A DNA stretch of 64,000 bases from an uncultured Thiomicrospira sp. (GTDB taxonomy: Bacteria > Pseudomonadota > Gammaproteobacteria > CAKMZV01): positions 1 to 64,000 of the forward strand of contig OZ239628.1 of the NCBI GenBank assembly GCA_965195345.1. Reading direction: 5' to 3'. The translations under genes and the position numbers were made by a program. The notes beneath the pieces are model-generated. The model was not told the origin of the DNA and did not search any database. It saw only the letters and a list, made by a program, of their open reading frames with translations. Position 1 is the stretch's first letter; each line of letters begins with the position of its first letter. Shown in pieces: positions 10,587-20,483 of this stretch.

Positions 10587-12107
10587 TCACATATTAAACC
10601 GTTTATATCTTAGACCCAACATTGCAACAACTATAAAATAAACCCCGCCTCCTAAAAGAACTACCACACTAAGCTGTCCTGCTCTAAATAACCATGAGTG
10701 CATTTCCCACTGTGTGAACACAGAACTTATGTAGTAAAGAAAAACGCTCATTAAAACACTACTAAGTGCTATACGAAAAATATCTTTAGACAACTCTGAA
10801 GAGATGCGCCAATCATTTTTACGCTTAAATACAAACATCAACAGCCCTGCATTAATCCATCCAGAAATGGAAGTTGCCAGTGCAAGTCCCACGTGTTCAA
10901 TATACTGCATTAGTATAAGATTTAAAACAATGTTAACGAGCATTGAAAATGCGGCTATTTTCACGGGCGTCTTCATTTCTTGACGTGCATAGAATACAGA
11001 CGCCATAACTTTTATCAAAACGAATGCTGGCAAACCAGCCGCATACGCCATCAAAGACAGTGAGGCCATTTGTGCATCGCTTACTTTAAATGCCCCGTAA
11101 GTAAACAGTGTAATCAGAATTGGATAACTTAAAATAATCAACCCAAATGCTGCTGGTACACTGGCAAATAAAGCTATTCGCAATGCCCATTCTAATGTTC
11201 CTTGGAATTTTTCCCTATCATTGATAGCAGTTAACTTAGCCAATGCTGGTAAAGCTACGGTACTTAAAGCTACACCGATCATTCCCAAAGGAAGTTCCAT
11301 CAACCTATCTGAATAATAAAGCCACGATACGCTACCACTAACCAAGAATGATGCCAGCAAAGTGTCAATTAGGAGGTTAATTTGAGCAACTGAAACTCCA
11401 AAAAGTGCTGGAACCATTAACCTCATGGTTTTTAAAACTTCTGGGTTTTTCCAATGACCAAAGCGCAACCGTAAACCCCCTCTTTGCACAAAAAACCACA
11501 GCCAAAAAAATTGTATAATCCCAGCCACACTAACGCCCCACCCCAATGCAATAACAGGTTCATCAAACCACGTTGATGCATACAATGCCGCCACTATCAA
11601 ACTAATGTTTAGATAAACTGGAGCAAAGGCGGCTGCGCTAAATTGTCCCCATGTATTAAGTAATGCCGCCAACAAGGCACTCAAAGATATAAAAAATAAA
11701 TACGGAAAAGTCAATACTAAGAGTTTTACCGCCAAGTCAAACTTTGCTTCTTGCCCTATGAACCCAGGTGCAAAAATACCAACTACAAAAGGGGCAAACA
11801 GCATGCCCAATGAGCAAAAAAGGAATAAGGAAGCCGTTAGCGTAGTAAAAACGGAATTAACATAGCCATTTTCTTCTTGTTTACTGTTTTTTTGTACTTC
11901 AGACAGAACAGGAATGAACGCTTGTGAAAAAGCACCTTCAGCAAATAAACGTCTAAATAGATTAGGTATTTTAAATGCAACAAAGAACGCATCAGCAACA
12001 TCACCTGAACCGAAGTTGCGAGCAATGACCATATCACGAACAAAACCAAGAATTCTGGAAACAAACGTAAGAGAAGAGAATCTTTTAACAGCGCTTAACA
12101 GTGCCAT
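10587..12107 (-). CDS. murJ: Lipid II flippase MurJ (MviN)
   Basis: SRILGFVRD, PNLFRRLFAEGAFSQAF and DRLMELPLG motifs. Confidence 0.98.
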   Translation of the reverse strand: MALLSAVKRFSSLTFVSRILGFVRDMVIARNFGSGDVADAFFVAFKIPNLFRRLFAEGAFSQAFIPVLSEVQKNSKQEENGYVNSVFTTLTASLFLFCSLGMLFAPFVVGIFAPGFIGQEAKFDLAVKLLVLTFPYLFFISLSALLAALLNTWGQFSAAAFAPVYLNISLIVAALYASTWFDEPVIALGWGVSVAGIIQFFWLWFFVQRGGLRLRFGHWKNPEVLKTMRLMVPALFGVSVAQINLLIDTLLASFLVSGSVSWLYYSDRLMELPLGMIGVALSTVALPALAKLTAINDREKFQGTLEWALRIALFASVPAAFGLIILSYPILITLFTYGAFKVSDAQMASLSLMAYAAGLPAFVLIKVMASVFYARQEMKTPVKIAAFSMLVNIVLNLILMQYIEHVGLALATSISGWINAGLLMFVFKRKNDWRISSELSKDIFRIALSSVLMSVFLYYISSVFTQWEMHSWLFRAGQLSVVVLLGGGVYFIVVAMLGLRYKRFNM

Positions 12108-12119
12108 AAATATATTATC

Positions 12120-12458
12120 TCAGAACTTGAAAATACGCGCAATCTCACTTTCGAGAGGAAATGACAGCAGACCGAGCTCACCGACAAAAATGAGTGGAAT
12201 GATGTAGAAGCGCACCATATAAAACCACCATGCCACATATATTGGAATCAATACAGGAGCTAAAAATGCAGGCGTTATGCGATTGAATAATCGTATCACT
12301 GGATTGGTTATTTGACGAAAAACCTTAGCAATAACCATATTACTATCAGAAGCAATAAACAAATCAAGGACTGCGCGCCCAATTAAAGTCCACATAATCA
12401 TGCCAAAAACATAATCAATGATCAACACTGGTAAAGGATAAATTTCTAATGCGGTCAT
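12120..12458 (-). CDS. Small YggT-like membrane protein of unknown function
   Basis: Two to three hydrophobic segments and FRQITNPVIRLFNRITP (YggT-like). Start set at MTALE (12458), downstream of the hairpin. Confidence 0.65.
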   Translation of the reverse strand: MTALEIYPLPVLIIDYVFGMIMWTLIGRAVLDLFIASDSNMVIAKVFRQITNPVIRLFNRITPAFLAPVLIPIYVAWWFYMVRFYIIPLIFVGELGLLSFPLESEIARIFKF

Positions 12459-12481
12459 TTTTATTGCACACCTTGAAAACA

Positions 12482-12507
12482 AATACGCCCGCATAAGCGG
12501 GCGTATT
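12482..12507 (-). terminator. Perfect stem-loop after the symporter gene
   Basis: AATACGCCCGC-ATAA-GCGGGCGTATT (11-bp stem), followed by TGTTTT on the minus strand. Confidence 0.7.
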
Positions 12508-12524
12508 CTCTTATTTTTCTGATG

Positions 12525-14351
12525 CTAAGCTTTCTTAGCATTCATTTGATCTACGATTGTTTCACCAGCTGGATAGCGAATTTCATCAATCATATCTTGA
12601 ATTTCTTGGGAAGGCTCCTCTGTTGCAAGTGATACAACAACCATCACTACTAAGCAGACAACCATACCTACTATACCAAACCGCAAATGGTCAAGATGAA
12701 GGATAGGATCGCCACCCATACCTTTAAGGTAGTACAAGTAAGCAGATCCTGAGAAGAATCCTGAGAGAATTCCTGCCACAGCACCGGCTTTGTTAGCACG
12801 TTTCCACCATACTCCAAGTACTAACGGAATAAATAATCCAGATGCTGCAAATGAGAATGCCCATATTACACCACCAAGTATTCCCGTCAGACGCTCAGCT
12901 GCAATGTATGCGGCGATAATTCCAACAATAACAAGCAGGACTCGCGCCACAGCCAAGCGCTTCTCAGTAGAAGCTTCAGGATTGATTATCTTTCCATAAA
13001 CATCATGCGATAACGCATTAGCAATAGCCAATAGTAAACCATCCGCTGTAGATAGAGCCGCTGCCAAACCACCTGCAGCAACTAATCCTGAAACCCAATA
13101 AGGCAAGCCAGCCATCTCAGGAGTAGCTAAAACAACCACATCAGCACGAATCATTAGCTCACCCATGTTCACTAATCCATTGCCATTGATATCTTTGAAA
13201 TCAACAAATTGAACTTCTTTCCAACGAGCAAACCAGTTGGCCGCCTCAAGCGCTGCCGCATCCATTCCAACTAAGTTTTGTAAAAAGTTGAATTTTGCGA
13301 AAGTAGCCAATGCAGGAGCAGTAAAGTACAACAAGAAAATAAACAATAAAGACCATGCTACTGATATACGTGCCTGTCTTACAGATGGTGTTGTAAAGAA
13401 GCGCATTAATACGTGTGGAAGCGAAGCAGTACCCGCCATCAAACAGAAAATCAAAGTGATATACTTCCATATTGCCACGCCACCTTCAGCAGCAATCCAA
13501 TGTGGATTTGATATGGCTTTTACGCCTTTAAATGCAGAGGTTGCTTTTTCATAAGAAGCTGTTCCTAATCCATATGATGCTTCAAGTTCAGCGATTTGAG
13601 GCAATAAGGAACCATAACTCAATTGAGGGAATGGACCATGCCCCCAAATGATTGAAAGCCAGACAACAGGCATAATATACGCAAAAATAAGAACGATATA
13701 TTGTGCAACCTGTGTCCAAGTTACCGCACGCATACCGCCAAGCATAGAACAAACGAGTATTCCAGCTAAGCCAAGGAAAACAGCGTATTCAAATGGCACT
13801 CCAAAAGCACGCGATGCAATTGTTCCTGTAGCATTGATTTGGGATGTCACATAAGCAAGTGAGCATACAACCAAAACAAGAACACCTACAAAACGGGCCA
13901 AACTGCCTCCATAGCGCGCTCCTAAGAAATCAGGAACTGTATATGCTCCGAATTTACGCAAATATGGTGCGAGTAGTGCAGCAACTAACACATAGCCACC
14001 TGTCCATCCAATCAACAGTGCAGTGTAACCGTACCCTGTAAAGAAGATGCCACCTGCCATAGCAACAAAAGATGCGCCACTCATCCAGTCAGCACCCGTC
14101 GCCATACCATTGTAAATCGCTGGAACAGAGCGCCCAGCCACGTAATACTCAGATACTTGAGTTGTACGAGAAATCACCCCAATAGTTGCATAGATTAAAA
14201 TAGTAAAACCTACGAAACCATAACTGATGACATCTTCCGAAAAACCTAATCCATCGAGTATAGCCATTAAAGCCACAAAAAGAAGAAAACCGCCAGCATA
14301 AATACTGTAGATTTTATTTAAATTTTGGTGAAAAGCAGAAGCTTGATTCAT
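12525..14351 (-). CDS. Sodium:solute symporter, ActP-like / VC_2705 subfamily
   Basis: EYYVAGR, NGMATGADWMSGASF, GTASLPHVLMRFFT and AAALSTADGLLL motifs; about 13 TM segments. Confidence 0.92.
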   Translation of the reverse strand: MNQASAFHQNLNKIYSIYAGGFLLFVALMAILDGLGFSEDVISYGFVGFTILIYATIGVISRTTQVSEYYVAGRSVPAIYNGMATGADWMSGASFVAMAGGIFFTGYGYTALLIGWTGGYVLVAALLAPYLRKFGAYTVPDFLGARYGGSLARFVGVLVLVVCSLAYVTSQINATGTIASRAFGVPFEYAVFLGLAGILVCSMLGGMRAVTWTQVAQYIVLIFAYIMPVVWLSIIWGHGPFPQLSYGSLLPQIAELEASYGLGTASYEKATSAFKGVKAISNPHWIAAEGGVAIWKYITLIFCLMAGTASLPHVLMRFFTTPSVRQARISVAWSLLFIFLLYFTAPALATFAKFNFLQNLVGMDAAALEAANWFARWKEVQFVDFKDINGNGLVNMGELMIRADVVVLATPEMAGLPYWVSGLVAAGGLAAALSTADGLLLAIANALSHDVYGKIINPEASTEKRLAVARVLLVIVGIIAAYIAAERLTGILGGVIWAFSFAASGLFIPLVLGVWWKRANKAGAVAGILSGFFSGSAYLYYLKGMGGDPILHLDHLRFGIVGMVVCLVVMVVVSLATEEPSQEIQDMIDEIRYPAGETIVDQMNAKKA

Positions 14352-14369
14352 TTCGTAATCTCCTTATTT

Positions 14370-14633
14370 TTAGTCAGTGTCTTCGGCTAAACCGAATTCT
14401 TCATCAATTGAGTTCTGCTTTTTGGCGAACCAAAAAATCAACAGTACGAACGCGAACAAAGAACCTTGCGCCGCCATGTAATATCCCAATGGAAAATCAA
14501 GGAATGACAATTCGTTCAATGAAGTTACAAAGAAATGTAGAAAATATGCAAAGAAAAACCATATAGCAAGTACGATTACTAGCAAGCCACGTGTTTTTTT
14601 CCAATGAGCCTCTAAAGTGGATTTATCAATCAT
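14370..14633 (-). CDS. DUF4212 small subunit of the solute symporter
   Basis: HWKKT...FPLGYYMAAQGS...IDEEFG; AGGAGG RBS; directly upstream of the symporter. Confidence 0.9.
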   Translation of the reverse strand: MIDKSTLEAHWKKTRGLLVIVLAIWFFFAYFLHFFVTSLNELSFLDFPLGYYMAAQGSLFAFVLLIFWFAKKQNSIDEEFGLAEDTD

Positions 14634-14763
14634 CCTAGCCTCCTTTTTAGTTAAATAAAATTTAAAGTTATCCGAAAAAATTTCCCGAACGCCATCATTT
14701 ATTATTCTTAATCTGATGGTAAATTATACATAATCCGCATGAACGGAACATATGATGTCGAAC

Positions 14764-14797
14764 ATTATAAGCATTTATCACTAATTGTCAATAGTGA
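14764..14797 (-). promoter_or_regulatory. Consensus sigma-70 promoter with an overlapping palindrome
   Basis: Minus strand TTGACA (14791-14786)-N16-TATAAT (14769-14764). TCACTA-N8-TAGTGA (14778-14797) straddles the -35. Confidence 0.7.
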
Positions 14798-14985
14798 CGT
14801 ATACTTTCAAACCATAATCCGTCATTTACTTCGCACTTAATCAATTTAATTCCTATTAGCAGCATTCATTCTAATATAAATTAGATAAACACTTTTTTTA
14901 TATAACAAAAAAAAAGAATAGAAAAGATGAGGTAGAATGTCTTTCATTGCCTAACATATAGTCTCAAAAAGACACCCACAATTAA

Positions 14986-15606
14986 ATGATGCACCTCCTT
15001 ACAAAATTGCGTAATGCTATAAAGCCGCCTCTTCCAATAACTACGACGGATGGTTTGCGAATTTTTCTACAGGAGAAAGTAGCACGAATGAGTGGGGAAA
15101 TTGTTATTAAATATGCGCAAAAACGACTGGGCAAGTTGCATTACAGTTTGGCAAAAACTGACACGAACTACACCAAAGACCTCGTCAATTGTCAGATTAA
15201 AATTCATGCCCAAATGTTGTCGGACGTCATGGTAATGATTTGCCAGTTATTAAAGACAGTGGATTCAGAACAAGCACCTCAATTGGTCGAGATAATGCAT
15301 CGAGTGCATAACACCTATGTTGAAAGTGCCCCCAAAGGTTATGATGTTGAGCCTGCTTTAGCGCAACGTTTGATGAGCCAAGAGAAAAAGAAAGTAGGTG
15401 AACTTGCAAAGAAAACAGGCATTTTGGTTTTCAAAACTTTGCCCGTAACCAGCGATCTATTGCCAGGCAACGCCCAAATATTTCAAGGACAAGTCAGGCT
15501 ACTCTATATCAGTTTTCTTCAAGAGTTTGGTAAAAGAGCAGATTTTGAATTGTTAGCGCAAGATCTCGGATTGGAAAGATCACAAGATCATTTAGAAAAT
15601 GCTTGA
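14986..15606 (+). CDS. Hypothetical soluble helical protein
   Basis: 206-aa ORF filling the gap, divergent from the symporter operon; no catalytic motif recognised. Confidence 0.75.
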   Translation: MMHLLTKLRNAIKPPLPITTTDGLRIFLQEKVARMSGEIVIKYAQKRLGKLHYSLAKTDTNYTKDLVNCQIKIHAQMLSDVMVMICQLLKTVDSEQAPQLVEIMHRVHNTYVESAPKGYDVEPALAQRLMSQEKKKVGELAKKTGILVFKTLPVTSDLLPGNAQIFQGQVRLLYISFLQEFGKRADFELLAQDLGLERSQDHLENA

Positions 15607-15608
15607 TG

Positions 15609-18068
15609 CTAGAATAGTTTGCTTCTTAAGCTTTTATCTTTCTGTCCTTTTCCATGATAAGGTTCATTAGACTCAACAACATCCTTGTTGGGTAGGCTCG
15701 CACTGCGAAATATTTCTAAAATAGTTTTTTCATCATCAGAGTTGGCAAGTAAACCATTTTCTGGATTAATTCTTACCGTTACTATATCTGATAATTTATC
15801 AGGTAATATTTCCTTACTATCCTCCAAAGCCACTCGCATATAGTTTATCCATATTGGTAAAGCTGTCCTGCCTCCCGTCTCTTTTTCACCAAGCGATTGA
15901 GGTTGATCTCGCCCAACCCAAACAGTCGTTGCAAACTCATGATTAAATCCTGAGAACCAAGCATCGAACTGTTTGTTTGTTGTCCCTGTCTTTCCAGCTA
16001 TGTCTCTACGCTTTAAAACCTTTGCTCTTCTGCCCGTTCCTCTTGTGACAGCGTCCCTTAATATATCACTCATTATGTAACTAACACTCGGATCTATAAC
16101 TCTCTTTGCCAATCCTTGCGTTCCCTCCACACAAAAAGAACAAACCTCTACACCCTGATGTTGGTAAATAATATTTCCTTCAGAGTCTTTAATATGATCT
16201 ATAAGATAAGGTTCTACTAAATACCCCGTATTAGCAATAACCGCATATCCACGAACAATTTCCCACGGCGAAACAGGTATGCTACCAAGCGATGCTGATA
16301 GGTCGCGAAACCCTGAAAATGTCTTGTCAGAAAACCCAAATCGCCTCAAAAAATTGAGTGTATAGTCAACACCCAATTGATGCATCAAGCGAACACTTAC
16401 TAAGTTTCTCGACTTTACTAAAGCTTCACGCAATCGCGTCGGTCCAAAGTATTTACCAGAATAGTTTGACGGTTGCCATAAGTTCCCTGTAAAACTATTC
16501 TCAAATGTAACGGGCGTATCATTAATTATACTGGCAGCAGTGTACCCTTTATTTAAAGCAGCAGTATAGACAAACGGTTTAAAGTTTGACCCAGGTTGGC
16601 GGTTTGCTTGAACGACTCTATTATATTTATAATTTCGAAAATTAAATCCTCCCACCAAAGCATACACCTGTCCATTTTTTGGGCTGATACTAATAAGAGC
16701 GACTTGGGCAATTGGAGATGAAGCAAGTCTGTATTTGCCATTTATTTTTTGGACATACACCAGCGCACCTATTGGCAAAACAGAATGTGCTCTATCTCTG
16801 TCATTTTCCTCAAAAATGAAGCGTTTCTGGTCTGTTTGAGTACTAGCTGAATCATCATCCAGAGTAAAATAAGTTAATGGTTTGTTGACATCGAACGTCT
16901 CCACCCACTTCATATCTTGTTTGCTTAAAACAAAACTTTGCCAATCGTCATTGGGTTGAGAAACGTATACTTCTATAGTACTGTTCTCACTTTGAACTAC
17001 TACACCACGCGTTAACCCTTCAATATTAGTAATAGATTTGAGTGCATTGTTCAAATTTTTTGGTTCTAATATTTCATCAAAACTTGCTTCTAATATTTTT
17101 TCTGGACCAGTGTAAGGCTGTCTTCGGTTATAGTCTATCAATCCTTTTTGCACTGCGTCTATAGCCGCCTGCTGGTATTTTGAATTAATGGTTGTGTATA
17201 CTTGATAACCACCCGTATACGCCTTGTTTCCTAAAAGCTTTTTAACTTGAACACGTACCATTTCCGAAGCATGACCAGCATCTAATTCCACATCAACACC
17301 ATGAAGTCGCGCATGCACGGGTGTATTCAATGCTTCCTCTAATTCCTCCTCTGAAATAATTCCCTTGTTATGCATTCCTCTTAAAATATAGTCTCGCCGT
17401 TGCTTAGCGCGCTGTGGATTGATAACAGGGTTATAAGCGGATGGTGCTTTGGGCAAGCCTGACAGCATAGCAGCTTCATCCAATGTCAATTCATTCACAC
17501 TCTTACCGTAATAAGTTTGCGCTGCTGTTTCAAATCCATATGATCGATAACCAAGGAAAACCTTATTCATATACAAAGTCAAAATTTCGTCTTTACTTAG
17601 AAGTTGCTCAAGGCGTAGAGCAAGAATAATCTCTATGATTTTTCTACTGTAACTTTTCTTGCGCGACAGATAATAATTCCGCGCTAACTGCATAGTTAAA
17701 GTGCTTGCTCCTTGAGACTTTTCTCCTGTTCTAATCAATTCAACAATCGCACGTAAAATGCCTTTGAAATCCACCCCAAAATGGCCATAAAACCTTCTAT
17801 CCTCAGCAGTAATCAAGGCTTCTTTCAAATAATCGGGAATTTGCTCATAGTCTAATTTATATCGCCTTGTTGCCCCAATCTCACTCATCAATTTGCCATC
17901 GCTTGAATATATGCGTAAAGGCTGCTTCAAATCAACCGATTTAATTGCTGATACATCAGGGATATTAGGCTTGATTTCTTCTTCATATATCCAATAGATG
18001 CCGCCTAAAAAAAGCACAAATACTGTCAGCATGACAAACAACGTCCCAAATAGTATTTTTTTAATCAT
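15609..18068 (-). CDS. mrcA: Penicillin-binding protein 1A
   Basis: N-terminal TM; glycosyltransferase motifs EDRRFYGH and GASTLTMQL; transpeptidase motifs SNFK, SRN and KTG. Confidence 0.96.
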   Translation of the reverse strand: MIKKILFGTLFVMLTVFVLFLGGIYWIYEEEIKPNIPDVSAIKSVDLKQPLRIYSSDGKLMSEIGATRRYKLDYEQIPDYLKEALITAEDRRFYGHFGVDFKGILRAIVELIRTGEKSQGASTLTMQLARNYYLSRKKSYSRKIIEIILALRLEQLLSKDEILTLYMNKVFLGYRSYGFETAAQTYYGKSVNELTLDEAAMLSGLPKAPSAYNPVINPQRAKQRRDYILRGMHNKGIISEEELEEALNTPVHARLHGVDVELDAGHASEMVRVQVKKLLGNKAYTGGYQVYTTINSKYQQAAIDAVQKGLIDYNRRQPYTGPEKILEASFDEILEPKNLNNALKSITNIEGLTRGVVVQSENSTIEVYVSQPNDDWQSFVLSKQDMKWVETFDVNKPLTYFTLDDDSASTQTDQKRFIFEENDRDRAHSVLPIGALVYVQKINGKYRLASSPIAQVALISISPKNGQVYALVGGFNFRNYKYNRVVQANRQPGSNFKPFVYTAALNKGYTAASIINDTPVTFENSFTGNLWQPSNYSGKYFGPTRLREALVKSRNLVSVRLMHQLGVDYTLNFLRRFGFSDKTFSGFRDLSASLGSIPVSPWEIVRGYAVIANTGYLVEPYLIDHIKDSEGNIIYQHQGVEVCSFCVEGTQGLAKRVIDPSVSYIMSDILRDAVTRGTGRRAKVLKRRDIAGKTGTTNKQFDAWFSGFNHEFATTVWVGRDQPQSLGEKETGGRTALPIWINYMRVALEDSKEILPDKLSDIVTVRINPENGLLANSDDEKTILEIFRSASLPNKDVVESNEPYHGKGQKDKSLRSKLF

Positions 18069-18309
18069 ATATTGTCAATATTATATTCTTATCGCGCCAC
18101 TTTTTAATGCGACGAAGAACTTTCATTTTTTTAATGCGCGTATCACCTCACCTACTCAAACATAATAAGCAGTTGCGTTATCAATAAAATTGTTTTTTCC
18201 TTCAAATTTGCTATGTGATTTATTTACGTTCCAATCATGATATACCAATTACTACGTAATAAATAGCAAATGCGCTTATCTCAACGCATCGCAGTAGGCT
18301 AATCTAATC

Positions 18310-19539
18310 TCATTGACAAGTTTCTTTAGAACGTACTTGCGCGATAACAGCCAAACGTTTTTTTGCGATACTTTCAGCAATCTTTATCCCTTGATTATTT
18401 GCTACTTCCTCATCAAAACTCAATGATCGTAATGCTTGGAAAAGTACCCTCCAATGAGCTGCCTGAGGATAATCCTCGCGTGATTTCCATTTTCTTCCTT
18501 TACTATCAGCTTCACTACAAACAATTAATGTTTCAAAATAGTTAGGATTACGAAAAGCATCGCCCTGCTCCATAATTTTCAAACATGTGCTGTCACGCAA
18601 AAGTGCCAACTTGTGCATATTTCCATGCAAACGAGCAATTATTTTCCCAAGCTTTATAAAGACTTTTGGAATTTTTAACCGCTTACCCATTCTTTCAACT
18701 AATTTAGCCCCTCTTTTTTCATGTCCAATATGCCTTGGTAACATAGACTGTGGGGTATTCCCCTTTCCAAGGTCGTGTACTAATGCACAAAACCTTACCA
18801 ATGGGTCACGACTTAACTTGCTCACTTCCTCTAGAACCATCAAATTATGCACCCCAGCACAACATTCAGGATGCCAACGTACGACCTGCGGTTTATTTTG
18901 TACCGCTGCTAACTCTTCAAACCAAAAATCAAGCGCCCCAACCTGACCAAGAACTCTAAAATATGCTTCAGGATGCGGCTCTTGCAAAGCACGCATTGTT
19001 TCTAACCATACGCGCTCAGCACTCAATGCTTCAAGCTCTCCACTCTTTGATATCACACGCATTAGTTCGAGCGTTTCAGCAGAAATGTAAAACCCCAAAT
19101 CAGATAGCCTTGCTTGCAATCGCGCCACCCGCAATACTCTTAGAGGGTCTTCGACAAAAGCATCTGAAATATGCCTCAAAACTCTATTTTCAATATCCTT
19201 TAAACCGTTGAAAACATCTATTAAACTTCCGTTTTTTTCGCGTGCAATTGCATTTACAGTAAGATCACGACGAAAAAGATCTTCTTCGAGAGTGATGCTT
19301 TTATCAGCCTGCACTTCAAATCCAGAATAGCCTGCACTTACTTTCCTCTCGGATCGAGCTAGCGCATATTCTTCTTTACTTTCAGGATGTAAAAAGACTG
19401 GGAAAGAACTTCCTACTTGTTTGAACCCTTTAGCGATCAATTCTTCAGCACTTGAACCTACAACAACCCAATCACGATCGTATGCAGCTAAACCGAGCCG
19501 TTCATCTCGAATTGAACCACCCACTTCATAGATTAGCAT
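18310..19539 (-). CDS. cca: Multifunctional CCA-adding enzyme (with HD domain)
   Basis: VGGSIRD, DRD, RRDLTVNA, EDPLRVLR and HDLGKG motifs. Confidence 0.97.
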   Translation of the reverse strand: MLIYEVGGSIRDERLGLAAYDRDWVVVGSSAEELIAKGFKQVGSSFPVFLHPESKEEYALARSERKVSAGYSGFEVQADKSITLEEDLFRRDLTVNAIAREKNGSLIDVFNGLKDIENRVLRHISDAFVEDPLRVLRVARLQARLSDLGFYISAETLELMRVISKSGELEALSAERVWLETMRALQEPHPEAYFRVLGQVGALDFWFEELAAVQNKPQVVRWHPECCAGVHNLMVLEEVSKLSRDPLVRFCALVHDLGKGNTPQSMLPRHIGHEKRGAKLVERMGKRLKIPKVFIKLGKIIARLHGNMHKLALLRDSTCLKIMEQGDAFRNPNYFETLIVCSEADSKGRKWKSREDYPQAAHWRVLFQALRSLSFDEEVANNQGIKIAESIAKKRLAVIAQVRSKETCQ

Positions 19540-19544
19540 AGCGT

Positions 19545-20477
19545 TTATTTACGTAGCCTACAATAATGTTCGCTCTCTGATTCCTGCAATAATTCTTGCA
19601 ATGCCTTACTTAAATGACGCTTCCCTTGAACACGCTGACCCACTATTTTTTCAGAGCCATCCAAAGGAGTCGAAAAATCAGTGATCTTTTCAGGGAATAA
19701 GAAATGATTGCTGTACGAAAAAGGTACAAAAGTACTGCCCCAAAAATTATGTACTTTATGAATACTGATGCCGAGAAATGCCTCAGACTTTATCCTTCTT
19801 ATATACTGCATGATACTCATCACTTCAGGCCCTGTAAGAATAAGACGTTTATTATTATCCATGCATTCTAAATCCGACAAAACACAATTGACCACATCTT
19901 GAATATGCACTGGTGCAATCATAGTGTTTGCTCCAAAAACACGGATATTTTTATGTTTTCTCATGCCCATAAGAAGTTTTTCAAATTGTCCTGCGGGAGC
20001 ACCAAAGGAAGATCTGCCAATGATCCATGATGGTCTAAGAATGGTTACTTTAGTGTAGAACAATGCCATCAAACTTTTTTCAGCCATTGCATGCGCATGA
20101 AGATACTGGTTGTGAAACAACGATGACATTGCGCCTACTGCGGATAAATGAATCAACCGAGCTATTTTATTCTTTTCGCACAACTTCCCGACTTTGCTTG
20201 CAATATTTCGATTTATCTCTTCATAGTGACCAGAGTGGTGGTCTATCAAATTAATGACCACATCCATTCCTATTATGGATGATTCAAGCTTCTCAGGCTG
20301 CTTCTGTATATCACAGTGTTGGACATAGGTATTACCACTCACCTTAAGCCCGCGCGCGCGCTCAGGGTGACGACTCAAAACATTTACCTGAAATCCTTTT
20401 GCCGCTAAGGCGTGGACTAAAGCTTGACCTAAATAGCTCGTTCCTCCCAGAATGAGTACTTTCTTCAATTCTTCCAT
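19545..20477 (-). CDS. Atypical SDR / NDUFA9-like NAD(P)-binding protein
   Basis: Rossmann start ILGGTSYLG plus DVVINL, LIHLSA and TILRPS; adjacent to cca. Confidence 0.72.
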   Translation of the reverse strand: MEELKKVLILGGTSYLGQALVHALAAKGFQVNVLSRHPERARGLKVSGNTYVQHCDIQKQPEKLESSIIGMDVVINLIDHHSGHYEEINRNIASKVGKLCEKNKIARLIHLSAVGAMSSLFHNQYLHAHAMAEKSLMALFYTKVTILRPSWIIGRSSFGAPAGQFEKLLMGMRKHKNIRVFGANTMIAPVHIQDVVNCVLSDLECMDNNKRLILTGPEVMSIMQYIRRIKSEAFLGISIHKVHNFWGSTFVPFSYSNHFLFPEKITDFSTPLDGSEKIVGQRVQGKRHLSKALQELLQESESEHYCRLRK

Positions 20478-20483
20478 ATCTGA

